Shown: in pieces, positions 48,367 through 57,516 of the stretch
Layout of the letters: every line of letters starts with the position of its first letter
How positions within the stretch are numbered: the first letter of the stretch is position 1
Origin: an uncultured Bacteroidales bacterium
GTDB lineage: Bacteria; Bacteroidota; Bacteroidia; Bacteroidales; FEN-979
NCBI GenBank assembly: GCA_903875045.1
Contig: CAIQUS010000069.1
Coordinates: forward strand, 14,083-78,082
Length of the DNA stretch: 64,000 nt
Reading direction: 5' to 3'
Translations under genes and position numbers: made by a program
Notes under the pieces: model-generated
What the model saw: only the letters and a program-made list of their open reading frames with translations
What the model was told of the DNA's origin: nothing
Databases searched by the model: none

Positions 48367-49755
48367 TCAATCATTGGCAAGCCGGATAAATCCTCTTAAA
48401 TGATCCTTGATTTTTCCGGCAAGGAAATAGGGGAGATTAAGCAGATAAAACTTCTTTCCCCGGATGGTCTGGGTTTGCTGAACAGCCAGTTTCCCGGCAA
48501 AAAGCCTCACGGCATACGGGTGTGGTGCCATATCAATAAATTGGTGCAATGACCGGAGGCGGCCTGGTTCTCCCGATTTCACAACCACCGGAATGAGCAG
48601 ATCGTTGTATTGAATAACGAAATCAACTTCCGCCGTAGATTGCGCCTTAGGCCTGATCCAGAAATTCAAAGGAATATTATCGCCGGTAACCTGACTTTCC
48701 GTTGCCAAAATTTCCTGTCCCACAACCTGCCGTGCAATCTGCCCTTCAAAAACTGCATTCATGTCATGCGATTGAAAAAGCGGTTTTTGAATACCTGAAA
48801 AATAGTTGACAAGGCCTGTGTCAAGTAGTTGTAATCTTGGGAATTTCGATGTGTCTGGAAACAGGGGCAAGCTGGCAGAAGTGACTGGAAAAACCATCCG
48901 GAGGAAGTATGCGCGAGAAAGCGAATTAAAAGCCTGACCGATTTCCCTGCTCCCTTTTTCCAGATTTCCAAAACGGTTGAAACTGATCCGGGTGGCTGCA
49001 TACGGATAAGTGTTTTGAAGGACTTCCGTGGCAAGGTCACCACTTTTTGTACCCGCCGTAACATCCGGTATCATTTGAATGAATCTGCTTTCAATCTTCT
49101 CATAAATGTATTTAAGTGAGGTCAGATGGCGTTTAGCCACATATTCACTTGTGATTTCCGGCATTCCGCCTATGAGTGCATATAAATGAAAATGGTTCAG
49201 CAACCTTTCGTATGCATAATATGGCACCGGCACTTCGAGGAGGGCCTCCAGTGCTGCGCGATCATCCATCACCGTGAGAAATTCTTCAAATGATAACGGA
49301 AACAGGTAAAATGGCTGCATTACCCCGGTTTCGGGGTTTGTAAGCATTTCCAACTCTTGTGTCAGTATCGATGAAGTCGCTGCCACCATTGGGCCTCTTG
49401 ATTCCATTGCTCCGTCTTGTCGTTCGTCCACCTGTCCACCCGACCACCTGCCCACTTGTCCACTTGCCCACTTAATGGCCCCCGGGCACTTGCAAATTTC
49501 ATCGAGAACAATCAATGTTCCGCTTCCCCTGAGTTCTTTTCCTTTTAAAAAACTGATGGCTTTCAGGGTCTCTTCTGCTGAAACGTCAAAATTAAAAATC
49601 GCCCTGTCAACTGCTGTTTCCAGGTCGAGGTGGATACAATTGCTGAAATTTGAGGCAAAATCCTTCATCAGGGTCGTTTTGCCAACCCCCCTGGCTCCCA
49701 GTATGCAGAGGGGCTTTTGACGCGACAGACTTTTTGTTAGCAGGCGTTGAAACAT
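48367..49755 (-). CDS. AAA+ ATPase with DUF4143 C-terminal domain
   Basis: GARGVGKTT, LDEI, PLSFEEFL, GGMPE, AEVDFVI. Confidence 0.88.
   Translation of the reverse strand: MFQRLLTKSLSRQKPLCILGARGVGKTTLMKDFASNFSNCIHLDLETAVDRAIFNFDVSAEETLKAISFLKGKELRGSGTLIVLDEICKCPGAIKWASGQVGRWSGGQVDERQDGAMESRGPMVAATSSILTQELEMLTNPETGVMQPFYLFPLSFEEFLTVMDDRAALEALLEVPVPYYAYERLLNHFHLYALIGGMPEITSEYVAKRHLTSLKYIYEKIESRFIQMIPDVTAGTKSGDLATEVLQNTYPYAATRISFNRFGNLEKGSREIGQAFNSLSRAYFLRMVFPVTSASLPLFPDTSKFPRLQLLDTGLVNYFSGIQKPLFQSHDMNAVFEGQIARQVVGQEILATESQVTGDNIPLNFWIRPKAQSTAEVDFVIQYNDLLIPVVVKSGEPGRLRSLHQFIDMAPHPYAVRLFAGKLAVQQTQTIRGKKFYLLNLPYFLAGKIKDHLRGFIRLAND
49423..49470 (+). repeat. Octamer array (CYTGYCCA)x6, C-form on +, in frame inside the AAA ATPase
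   Basis: ttcgtcca cctgtcca cccgacca cctgccca cttgtcca cttgccca = 48 bp. Confidence 0.9.
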
Positions 49756-49758
49756 TTT

Positions 49759-52227
49759 TTACCTTTCAAGTGATATGAGATGCTGCAATACAAATTTCAA
49801 ATCAGTGTAAGTTACTTCCTCGCCCATGCCCTGCTTTATTTCGCCCAAGGTTTGTTTTGGGCTTTTATTGATATAATGCATGATTTTCTTAATTTTTTCA
49901 GCCGAAACAAACTGTTCAACGTTCAGGTCGCCACTTCCGACATAAATGGCAAGATGTCCTTCAATAGTTGAATTTGAAAAGTTTCGTTCAGCAGCAATTT
50001 CTTCAATGGTTTTACCTTCATTGAACATCGTATAGCTCAATTGAGCGGTGTTTATTCTTACCTTTTTTTCAACGACAGGAATCTCGGTTTGCTCAGGAAT
50101 TATTTTATGGTCGCGGCAATACGACTTGATGATGGCGATGATGTCCTCTCCAAACTGATTGATCTTAACCTGTCCTATCCCCTTGACGGTTTTTAACGCG
50201 GTAAGCGTTACAGGCAGTTTCTTCATCAATTCCATGATTGACTTTTGAGGTAAAACCATATAGGTGGGTATGCTGCTTTCATCAGCAAGGTTGTCACGCC
50301 ATTGTTTGAGTGCCGAATAAAGTTCAGGATGGGTGATGCTTTTGGAATATGGTATGGGTGTAGTGGTTTTTTGTTTTGTTACCGGACGGAAATCAACTTC
50401 TGCATTCGAGCGCATTTTGATGTATGAAATCGTGTCAAAGCCTTTCTGACAAATTTTCATGCATGACAACTTGATGAAAACCTCTTTCTGTAATTTTTCC
50501 ATTGATTCGGTTAAAAGTTTTTTAACCGTCTTGTTGTCGTTTTCAAAATGGATCTTCTCCAGAAACCCTGATAGCAGGTTATTAAGATGTGTCGAAAAAT
50601 AGACCGTTCCTTTCCCTGCTCTTTCCTGTAACCCGGGGGTCTCTTCGGGAAGCATATCCGGCTGCATCAAAGCTGCCAGTTGTGGTTTGAATTTTTCGGC
50701 AATCTGAAACATTTCCGCATCACAAAGCGTTCTTTTTTCCTGCAGGTCTGTTAAAAGGGCAGGGTCTAATATTTTCGAGTGTTCCAGGATCAGTTTTAGT
50801 AAACTATCAAATCGGTATCTGGTTAATTTCAAATCAAACAATTCGAAGAACAGATCTTTCTGGAATATGTATTTTGACTCAAAAAGTTTATCAGGACCAG
50901 GTTCATTTCGCTGGGCTTCAAGCGAATAATTCATCACCATCGAATCAGTTTTAATGCCTGACATGGAGATGGGGGTACTTAAAACGATGCCGTTAAATGT
51001 TTTGCACCTGCTCAGCGCAACATATACCTGTCCGAAGGCAAAAGCGGCATTGGCATCAATAATTACTTTTTCAAAAGTAAGTCCCTGGCTTTTGTGGATG
51101 GTGATGGCCCAGGCCAGTTTGAGCGGAAGTTGGGTGAAACTGCCCGCTACCTCCTCTTTGATTTCCTTGGTTTCGTCATTCAGTGAATATTTTACGTTTT
51201 CCCACACGACACGCCCCACGGCTATTTCGTCTTTGTCTGACGGACATTTCACATAGACATTGTCATCTGTCAGGCGGGTGATTTTCCCGATTTTTCCATT
51301 GTAATATAGTTTGTCGGGCGACAAATCATTTTTAATGAACATAACCTGTGCATGCAGTTTCAACTCAAGTTTTTCTTCCGTAGGGAAATCGTGGGGAGGG
51401 AATTCACCATCTATTTCTGCGGTAAAAAAACGGGATGCCCCTGAAAGTTCTTTTAATTTAGCCTGATTCATTTCAAACGCATTCGCATTGTGGGTGGTAA
51501 GGGTGATGTAACCTTCTTCAGTGCCGGGTTTAAACCCGGCGTTGAAACGGGAGTTCAGCGCAGTAATGGTTTCATGATCGATGTTATTGTCCCTGACTTT
51601 ATTCAGCAGCGAAATAAAATAGGCATCGGACTGACGGAAGATTTCTTTTAATTCGATGGTAACAGGGTTTGTTTTTTTTAATGCCAGGCTGTCAAAAAAA
51701 TATACGCTTTCGTAATAGTGTCTTAAAATATTCCATTCCGCATCTTTAATAACCGGTGAGAGCTGATGCAAATCACCAATCATGAGAAGCTGGACACCTC
51801 CGAAAGGCTTGGAATGATTGCGGTATTTGCGCAAAACCTCATCGACAGCATCAAGAATGTCGGCCCTGACCATACTGATTTCATCAATCACCAGCAAATC
51901 AATGCACTTGATGAGTTTAATTTTATCACGGTTGAATTTTCGCTGGAATCCTTCCGTTGGTGACCCCGGGCTTCCGGGGAATACCGATCCCGGAATGGCA
52001 GGTGCAAAACTCAATTGAAAAAAAGAATGTATGGTTACACCTCCTGCATTGATAGCTGCCACACCGGTCGGGGCGACCACCACCAATCGTTTGGGTGTTA
52101 TTTTTTTCAGGTTGTGCAGGAAAGTGGTTTTACCGGTGCCGGCTTTACCTGTCAGAAAAATATTGCGGTTCGTGCATTGAACAAATTCTGTTGCCAGGTT
52201 CAATTGGTCATTTTGACGATATTCCAT
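49759..52227 (-). CDS. PIF1-like SF1B helicase with HRDC and C-terminal HTH domains
   Basis: TGKAGTGKTT, IDEISMV, WAITIHKSQG, YVALSRC, HRDC LKQWR..PTYMV. Confidence 0.9.
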   Translation of the reverse strand: MEYRQNDQLNLATEFVQCTNRNIFLTGKAGTGKTTFLHNLKKITPKRLVVVAPTGVAAINAGGVTIHSFFQLSFAPAIPGSVFPGSPGSPTEGFQRKFNRDKIKLIKCIDLLVIDEISMVRADILDAVDEVLRKYRNHSKPFGGVQLLMIGDLHQLSPVIKDAEWNILRHYYESVYFFDSLALKKTNPVTIELKEIFRQSDAYFISLLNKVRDNNIDHETITALNSRFNAGFKPGTEEGYITLTTHNANAFEMNQAKLKELSGASRFFTAEIDGEFPPHDFPTEEKLELKLHAQVMFIKNDLSPDKLYYNGKIGKITRLTDDNVYVKCPSDKDEIAVGRVVWENVKYSLNDETKEIKEEVAGSFTQLPLKLAWAITIHKSQGLTFEKVIIDANAAFAFGQVYVALSRCKTFNGIVLSTPISMSGIKTDSMVMNYSLEAQRNEPGPDKLFESKYIFQKDLFFELFDLKLTRYRFDSLLKLILEHSKILDPALLTDLQEKRTLCDAEMFQIAEKFKPQLAALMQPDMLPEETPGLQERAGKGTVYFSTHLNNLLSGFLEKIHFENDNKTVKKLLTESMEKLQKEVFIKLSCMKICQKGFDTISYIKMRSNAEVDFRPVTKQKTTTPIPYSKSITHPELYSALKQWRDNLADESSIPTYMVLPQKSIMELMKKLPVTLTALKTVKGIGQVKINQFGEDIIAIIKSYCRDHKIIPEQTEIPVVEKKVRINTAQLSYTMFNEGKTIEEIAAERNFSNSTIEGHLAIYVGSGDLNVEQFVSAEKIKKIMHYINKSPKQTLGEIKQGMGEEVTYTDLKFVLQHLISLER

Positions 52228-52266
52228 GGTGTTGATATTAATTTACTTCATCCCCTGTATTAATTT

Positions 52267-52422
52267 ACCTCATCCCCCAACCCCTTCTCCTGAAGGAGAA
52301 GGGGAGAGCCCTCTCCTTGAGGAGAGGGTTGGGTGAGGTGACTTGAAAGCACCTCATCCCCCAACCCCTTCTCCTGAAGGAGAAGGGGAGAGCCACCTCC
52401 TGTCAAAGGAGGTCAGGGTGAG
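52267..52422 (+). repeat. Two tandem GC-rich REP-like branched palindromes
   Basis: Copies 52267-52339 and 52351-52422 share acctcatcccccaaccccttctcctgaaggagaaggggagagcc; each has an outer stem and two inner hairpins. Confidence 0.9.
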
Positions 52423-52538
52423 TAAAAAATGTTTTAAAATAAGCCATAAAATTACAAAATATTGTCACATAATAAGCAATAATGAAAAAAAATGCTATTT
52501 TCAACATCAAATGCTATTGCAGGAAAGAAATTTGTGAA

Positions 52539-52546
52539 TATCTTTG
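52539..52546 (+). promoter_or_regulatory. -7 promoter element of the rplM operon
   Basis: TATCTTTG followed by CA, upstream of rplM. Confidence 0.7.
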
Positions 52547-52599
52547 CACCCCTTTTTGGAAGAAAAAGGTTCATTTATTAAAAATAATCAGGAAGAAGC

Positions 52600-53055
52600 A
52601 TGAACACGTTAAGTTACAAGACCATAAGCGCCAACGCGGCCACCGTGACCAAAGATTGGGTGCTTATCGATGCCGAAGGTCAGGTTCTTGGCCGTTTGGC
52701 AGCCAAAGTGGCTATGTTGCTGAAAGGCAAGACCAAGACAAACTACACACCGCATGTTGATTGTGGCGACAATGTTGTCATCATCAATGCTGAAAAAATT
52801 CAGTTGACGGGCAAAAAAATGGAGGATAAAATTTACCTCAGCCATTCAGGATTTCCTGGTGGCCAGAAGGAGGTGACCCCCAGTAAATTGCTGGCCAAGA
52901 AGCCTACTGCCGTCGTTGAAAAAGCGATCAAGGGAATGCTCCCGAAGAACAGGCTGGGTCGCGATTTATTCCGCAATCTGTATGTATATGCAGGCCCGGA
53001 ACATCTTCACAATGCACAGCAACCGAAACCAATGAAATTAACCTCAATCAAGTAA
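52600..53055 (+). CDS. rplM: 50S ribosomal protein L13
   Basis: [32 protein letters not shown]. Confidence 0.98.
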   Translation: MNTLSYKTISANAATVTKDWVLIDAEGQVLGRLAAKVAMLLKGKTKTNYTPHVDCGDNVVIINAEKIQLTGKKMEDKIYLSHSGFPGGQKEVTPSKLLAKKPTAVVEKAIKGMLPKNRLGRDLFRNLYVYAGPEHLHNAQQPKPMKLTSIK

Positions 53056-53056
53056 T

Positions 53057-53443
53057 ATGGAAGTTATCAACACGCTCGGCAGAAGGAAAACTGCCGTTGC
53101 CCGAATCTATCTGAAGGAAGGCCAGGGCATCATTACCGTCAATGGCCGTGAATTCAAGAACTATTTTCCAACACCAATTCTTCAATTCAAGGTAACCGAA
53201 CCATTTGAGGTGACCAACAACCAGGGAAAATACGATGTCAAGGTAAATCTTGACGGAGGTGGTATTCGCGGACAGGCTGAAGCGCTTGCGCTTGCCATCG
53301 CACGTGCCCTTTGTGAAATCAATGAGGAACATCGTCCGCCTTTAAAAGCAAAAGGTCTTTTGATGCGCGACCCACGTATGGTTGAACGCAAAAAATTCGG
53401 ACAGAAAAAAGCCCGTAAAAGATTCCAGTTTAGTAAACGTTAG
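53057..53443 (+). CDS. rpsI: 30S ribosomal protein S9
   Basis: GRRKTAVAR, RDPRMVERKK, QFSKR. Confidence 0.98.
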   Translation: MEVINTLGRRKTAVARIYLKEGQGIITVNGREFKNYFPTPILQFKVTEPFEVTNNQGKYDVKVNLDGGGIRGQAEALALAIARALCEINEEHRPPLKAKGLLMRDPRMVERKKFGQKKARKRFQFSKR

Positions 53444-53469
53444 TATTTTAGAATTCATAGAATTATTAT

Positions 53470-54399
53470 ATGTCAAGAACGAATTTTGATGCATTACTGG
53501 ATGCCGGTGTCCATTTTGGTCACTTGCGCCGCAAATGGAACCCTGCAATGGCTCCCTATATTTTCATGGAACGTAATGGGATCCACATCATTGACCTGTA
53601 TAAAACCATGGCCAAGGTTGATGAAGCCGCTGCTGCTTTGAAACAGATTGCCAAGGCAGGGAAAAAGGTGCTTTTCGTAGCAACCAAAAAACAAGCCAAG
53701 GAAATCGTGGCAGAGCATGTGAAAAGGATCAATATGCCTTATGTAACAGAGCGCTGGCCGGGTGGTATGCTTACCAATTTTGCCACAATCCGCAAGGCCG
53801 TTCGTAAAATGATCTCCATCGACAAACTGATGAGTTCACCTTCGTATACCAATCTTTCGAAAAAAGAGCGGCTCACAATCACCCGCGAACGTGCCAAACT
53901 GGAAAAGAACTTAGGTTCTATTGCCGATCTGAATCGTCTTCCATCTGCTATTTTCATCGTTGATATCCTGAAAGAACACATCGCACTTGCTGAGGCCAAG
54001 AAACTTAATATTCCTACTTTCGCAATCGTTGATACCAATTCAGATCCAAGAACGGTCGATTTTCCAATCCCCGCCAATGATGACGCATCAAAATCGATTT
54101 CTCTTATCGTTGACACGGTCGTCAGGGCAATGGAGGAAGGATTAATGGAGCGCAAACTTGATCGCGATAAAAAAGAGGCCAGTGATGAACGCGGTGAAGG
54201 TGATGAACTCGAAAGCAGAACCGGATTCAATTTAACCGACGATGACGAAGTGGACGAAGATGGCATCAAAATCGTGAAAAAGGATTTTGTTGACACGAAA
54301 GTTGCCAAAATGAAGGCGATGGAACCCGCCCCCGAGGACAAAAACAAACCTGCACGTAAACGTATCAGCAAACCAGCCGGGAGAAGCAATAAGAAGTAA
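53470..54399 (+). CDS. rpsB: 30S ribosomal protein S2
   Basis: LLDAGVHFGH, RWPGGMLTN, PIPANDDA. Confidence 0.98.
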   Translation: MSRTNFDALLDAGVHFGHLRRKWNPAMAPYIFMERNGIHIIDLYKTMAKVDEAAAALKQIAKAGKKVLFVATKKQAKEIVAEHVKRINMPYVTERWPGGMLTNFATIRKAVRKMISIDKLMSSPSYTNLSKKERLTITRERAKLEKNLGSIADLNRLPSAIFIVDILKEHIALAEAKKLNIPTFAIVDTNSDPRTVDFPIPANDDASKSISLIVDTVVRAMEEGLMERKLDRDKKEASDERGEGDELESRTGFNLTDDDEVDEDGIKIVKKDFVDTKVAKMKAMEPAPEDKNKPARKRISKPAGRSNKK

Positions 54400-54434
54400 T
54401 TACGATTTACGATTTACGATTTACGATTTACGAA
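54400..54434 (+). repeat. Heptamer array (TTACGAT)x5, G-form
   Basis: Begins immediately after the rpsB TAA. Confidence 0.95.
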
Positions 54435-54439
54435 TTGTT

Positions 54440-54474
54440 TTTCGCCATTTCACCATTTCGCTATTTCACTATTT
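54440..54474 (+). repeat. Octamer array (TTTCRCYA)x4, C-form
   Basis: tttcgcca tttcacca tttcgcta tttcacta. Confidence 0.88.
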
Positions 54475-54509
54475 AAAATTTAAAACAATAACTTTTAATA
54501 CAGGTTACT

Positions 54510-55343
54510 ATGAATATTACTGCTGCTGATGTAAATAAATTGCGCCAGATGTCGGGTGCGGGGATGATGGATTGTAAAAAGGCCCTGCAGGAAACAGAAG
54601 GTGATTTTGATAAAGCCATTGATTATCTGCGTAAAAAAGGCCAGAAAGTGGCTGGCAAACGAGCCGATCGTGATGCAAACCAGGGTTTCGTTATTGCAAA
54701 AACTACTGACGATCAAACTTATGCCGCCGTCGTGATGGTTAACTGTGAAACTGATTTTGTCGGGAAAACGGAAGAGTTCATCAAATTTGCCAAAGATTTA
54801 CTTGATCTGGGAATTGCAAATCGCCTGAAAAATGTAGCCGATTTGATGCCCCTGTCTCTTGGAACAACAACTGTTGAAGAAAAACTGAATGAGCTTCTGG
54901 GGAAGACTGGTGAGAAAATTCAGATAGCCCACTATGAAGTGATCGAAGCACCTGTTGTTTTTGCTTACAACCATTTTGGTAACCGCTTGGCAACCATCAT
55001 CGGGATGAGTAAAAATGATTCAAAAAATGTAATGGAAATCGGCCATGAACTTGCCATGCAGGTTGCTGCCATGAGCCCTGTTGCCGTTGATAAGGAAAAT
55101 GTGACCCAGGAGGTCATTGATCGCGAGATTGAGATCGGCAAAGATATGGCACGTCAGGAGGGTAAACCTGAGGAAATGGTCGACAAGATTGCACAAGGTA
55201 AGCTTCAAAAGTTCTTCAAGGAAATGACCCTTTTGAATCAGGATTTCATCAAGGATGGTAAAAAAACAGTACGCCAGTACATTGCAGAAAATGACAAGGA
55301 CCTGGCAGTAGTAGGTTTCAAACGCCTTCAATTGGGGGCATAA
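54510..55343 (+). CDS. tsf: Elongation factor Ts
   Basis: LRQMSGAGMMDCKKAL, NCETDFV. Confidence 0.97.
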   Translation: MNITAADVNKLRQMSGAGMMDCKKALQETEGDFDKAIDYLRKKGQKVAGKRADRDANQGFVIAKTTDDQTYAAVVMVNCETDFVGKTEEFIKFAKDLLDLGIANRLKNVADLMPLSLGTTTVEEKLNELLGKTGEKIQIAHYEVIEAPVVFAYNHFGNRLATIIGMSKNDSKNVMEIGHELAMQVAAMSPVAVDKENVTQEVIDREIEIGKDMARQEGKPEEMVDKIAQGKLQKFFKEMTLLNQDFIKDGKKTVRQYIAENDKDLAVVGFKRLQLGA

Positions 55344-55361
55344 ATTATTTTATTGAATAAC

Positions 55362-55399
55362 GGGGATTATCTGATAACTTGGGTAATCCCTTTTTTTTT
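55362..55399 (+). terminator. Rho-independent terminator after tsf
   Basis: GGGATTATCT-loop-GGGTAATCCC followed by T9. Confidence 0.85.
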
Positions 55400-55415
55400 A
55401 TTCTGAGTTTTGATC

Positions 55416-56117
55416 ATGGCTGATTCCTCTAAAAAACAAGTGGTGCAGGAGATGTTCGATGACATCTCCCCAAAGTATGATTTTCTGAACCACCTCCTGT
55501 CTTTTGGAATTGACAGGGCCTGGCGGAAAAAACTTGTTCGCATGCTGGGTGTGTGGAAACCATTAACGGTTCTTGATGTCGCCACAGGAACTGGGGATCT
55601 TGCCATTGCGATATCGGCCTTGAACCCACAAAAAATTACCGGCATTGACATATCTGAAAAAATGCTGGAAATCGGCAGGCAAAAACTGCAGGTAAGTGGA
55701 TTAGACCGATTGATTGCACTGCATGTTGCTGATGCAGAAAAAATACCCTTCCCCGACAATTCCTTTGATGCTATAACAGTTGCATTTGGCGTCAGGAACT
55801 ATGAAAATCTGGAATTGGGACTGACAGAAATGCGTCGGGTTCTCAAACCTGGTGGTGTCATGCTGATCCTTGAATTCTCACACCCCGAATCATTTCCGAT
55901 GAAACAACTCTACTCGTTTTACTCCCGGTTCATTATTCCGATGATGGGGAGGGCGATTTCCGGGAATGCCAAAGCCTACAGCTATTTACCAGACTCCGTT
56001 GCTGCATTTCCTTCAGGTAAGCCTTTTCTTGAGATTCTTGAAAAAGTCGGAGGGAAGAACACTAGTCAGGTTAGTTTGAGTGGAGGAATAGCTTCCATCT
56101 ACCAGGCTGAAAAATAA
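55416..56117 (+). CDS. ubiE: Demethylmenaquinone methyltransferase (MenG/UbiE)
   Basis: MFDDISPKYDFLNHLLSFGID, LDVATGTGD, FGVRN, AYSYLPDSV. Confidence 0.93.
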   Translation: MADSSKKQVVQEMFDDISPKYDFLNHLLSFGIDRAWRKKLVRMLGVWKPLTVLDVATGTGDLAIAISALNPQKITGIDISEKMLEIGRQKLQVSGLDRLIALHVADAEKIPFPDNSFDAITVAFGVRNYENLELGLTEMRRVLKPGGVMLILEFSHPESFPMKQLYSFYSRFIIPMMGRAISGNAKAYSYLPDSVAAFPSGKPFLEILEKVGGKNTSQVSLSGGIASIYQAEK

Positions 56118-56165
56118 AATGTGTAAACCTGCGTTTACTTCTTTCATTAACATCACTGTACTTCA

Positions 56166-56963
56166 TTGAAGATCGAACGTTTCATTACCGTTTCCCTGCT
56201 TTTCGCTATGCTATGTCTTCCCTTCACCGGGAAAAGTCAGCGAATGGTTGTTCTGAATCAGCCAAACTATGACCAGGAGAGTTTGTTTCATTTCGGTTTT
56301 ATTCTCGGTGTCAATCAGAGTTTGGTAAGCATCAGGCCAATTTCCGACCTGCGTTCGCATATATTTGACTCTACTTTTCTGCCTGATATACTACCGTTGC
56401 CTGATTCCGCAAAGGTTCTTGGCATCAATTCCACGCCCATTCCGGGGTTTGTAATAAGTATCGTCGCCAATATGCAAATGGGCAATCATTTTGAATTGCA
56501 ATTTGTGCCTTCATTGTCGTTTGGTGACAGAACGATCAATTATGATCTTGAAACCTACACTACTTTTGCAGGTGGTGATACCACCCAACGGTTTACCATT
56601 GCCAAGAAAATTCCATCCACCTACATCAATTTTCCCATTGAAATCAAATACAAATCAGTCAGGTACAATAATTTTCGACCATACCTGCTTGCAGGGGCGC
56701 AGTATTCCCTCGACCTGGCCTCACAGGCCAAGAAACGGGAGCAAAAAAACAAAAATGAAAAGGTCGTAAAATTCAATCAGAACGATATTTATATTGAAGC
56801 AGGCGTCGGGTTCGATTTTTACAACGAATGGTTTAAATTTGGCCTGGAGATTAAAATGATGTATGGACTAATGGATGTGCTTAAACGCGAAAACAATATC
56901 TATACAGAATCAATAGATAAGGTTAGTTCAAAAATATTCCAGATTTCATTCACTTTCGAATAG
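56166..56963 (+). CDS. porT: T9SS outer-membrane protein PorT/SprT
   Basis: NYD..HFGFILGVN, PSLSFGDR, terminal FTFE; follows ubiE as usual in the phylum. Confidence 0.8.
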   Translation: MKIERFITVSLLFAMLCLPFTGKSQRMVVLNQPNYDQESLFHFGFILGVNQSLVSIRPISDLRSHIFDSTFLPDILPLPDSAKVLGINSTPIPGFVISIVANMQMGNHFELQFVPSLSFGDRTINYDLETYTTFAGGDTTQRFTIAKKIPSTYINFPIEIKYKSVRYNNFRPYLLAGAQYSLDLASQAKKREQKNKNEKVVKFNQNDIYIEAGVGFDFYNEWFKFGLEIKMMYGLMDVLKRENNIYTESIDKVSSKIFQISFTFE

Positions 56964-57014
56964 CCGTGTATTCCCTCTGTTTTTCGTATATTTGCGGGTT
57001 CAAACAAAAGCTTA

Positions 57015-57473
57015 ATGCAACGAATTGCAGTCTTCCCCGGCTCTTTTGATCCTATTACCCGCGGGCATGAATCCATTATCAGACGGGCCCTTTCACTTTT
57101 TGATCAGGTGATTGTAGCCATCGGTGAGAATTCAGAGAAAAAATCATTTTTTCAGTTAGACCAAAGATTGAAATGGCTGGAACAGATTTTTGGCGGTGAA
57201 CCTGGAATCAGAATTACAACTTATTCGGGGTTGACCATTGATTTTTGCCGCAGGGAGCAGATATCCTTTATTTTACGCGGATTAAGGACATCAGCTGATT
57301 TTGAATTTGAACGTGGCATCGGTCAGATGAATAAACTGATGCTCCCGGAAGTGGAAACGGTTTTTTTGCTATGTGAGCCTGAATATGCTTCTTTGAGCTC
57401 TTCCATCGTCAGGGACATTATCCGTAACGGGGGGGATGTTAAAAGGTTTGTTCCGGAAGGCATTTTGTTATAA
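57015..57473 (+). CDS. coaD: Phosphopantetheine adenylyltransferase
   Basis: FPGSFDPITRGH, RGLR..DFEFE, SSSIVR; TATATTTG at 56987-56994. Confidence 0.96.
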   Translation: MQRIAVFPGSFDPITRGHESIIRRALSLFDQVIVAIGENSEKKSFFQLDQRLKWLEQIFGGEPGIRITTYSGLTIDFCRREQISFILRGLRTSADFEFERGIGQMNKLMLPEVETVFLLCEPEYASLSSSIVRDIIRNGGDVKRFVPEGILL

Positions 57474-57508
57474 TTACGATTTACGATTTACGATTTACGA
57501 ATTACGAG
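57474..57508 (+). repeat. Heptamer array (TTACGAT)x5, G-form
   Basis: ttacgat x3 ttacgaa ttacgag immediately after the coaD TAA. Confidence 0.93.
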
Positions 57509-57516
57509 TAAAAAAA

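Noticed and set aside
52267-52422. CRISPR repeats or tRNA genes
   Set aside because: Only two copies, the intervening sequences are related hairpins, and there are no tRNA T-loop or D-loop signatures.
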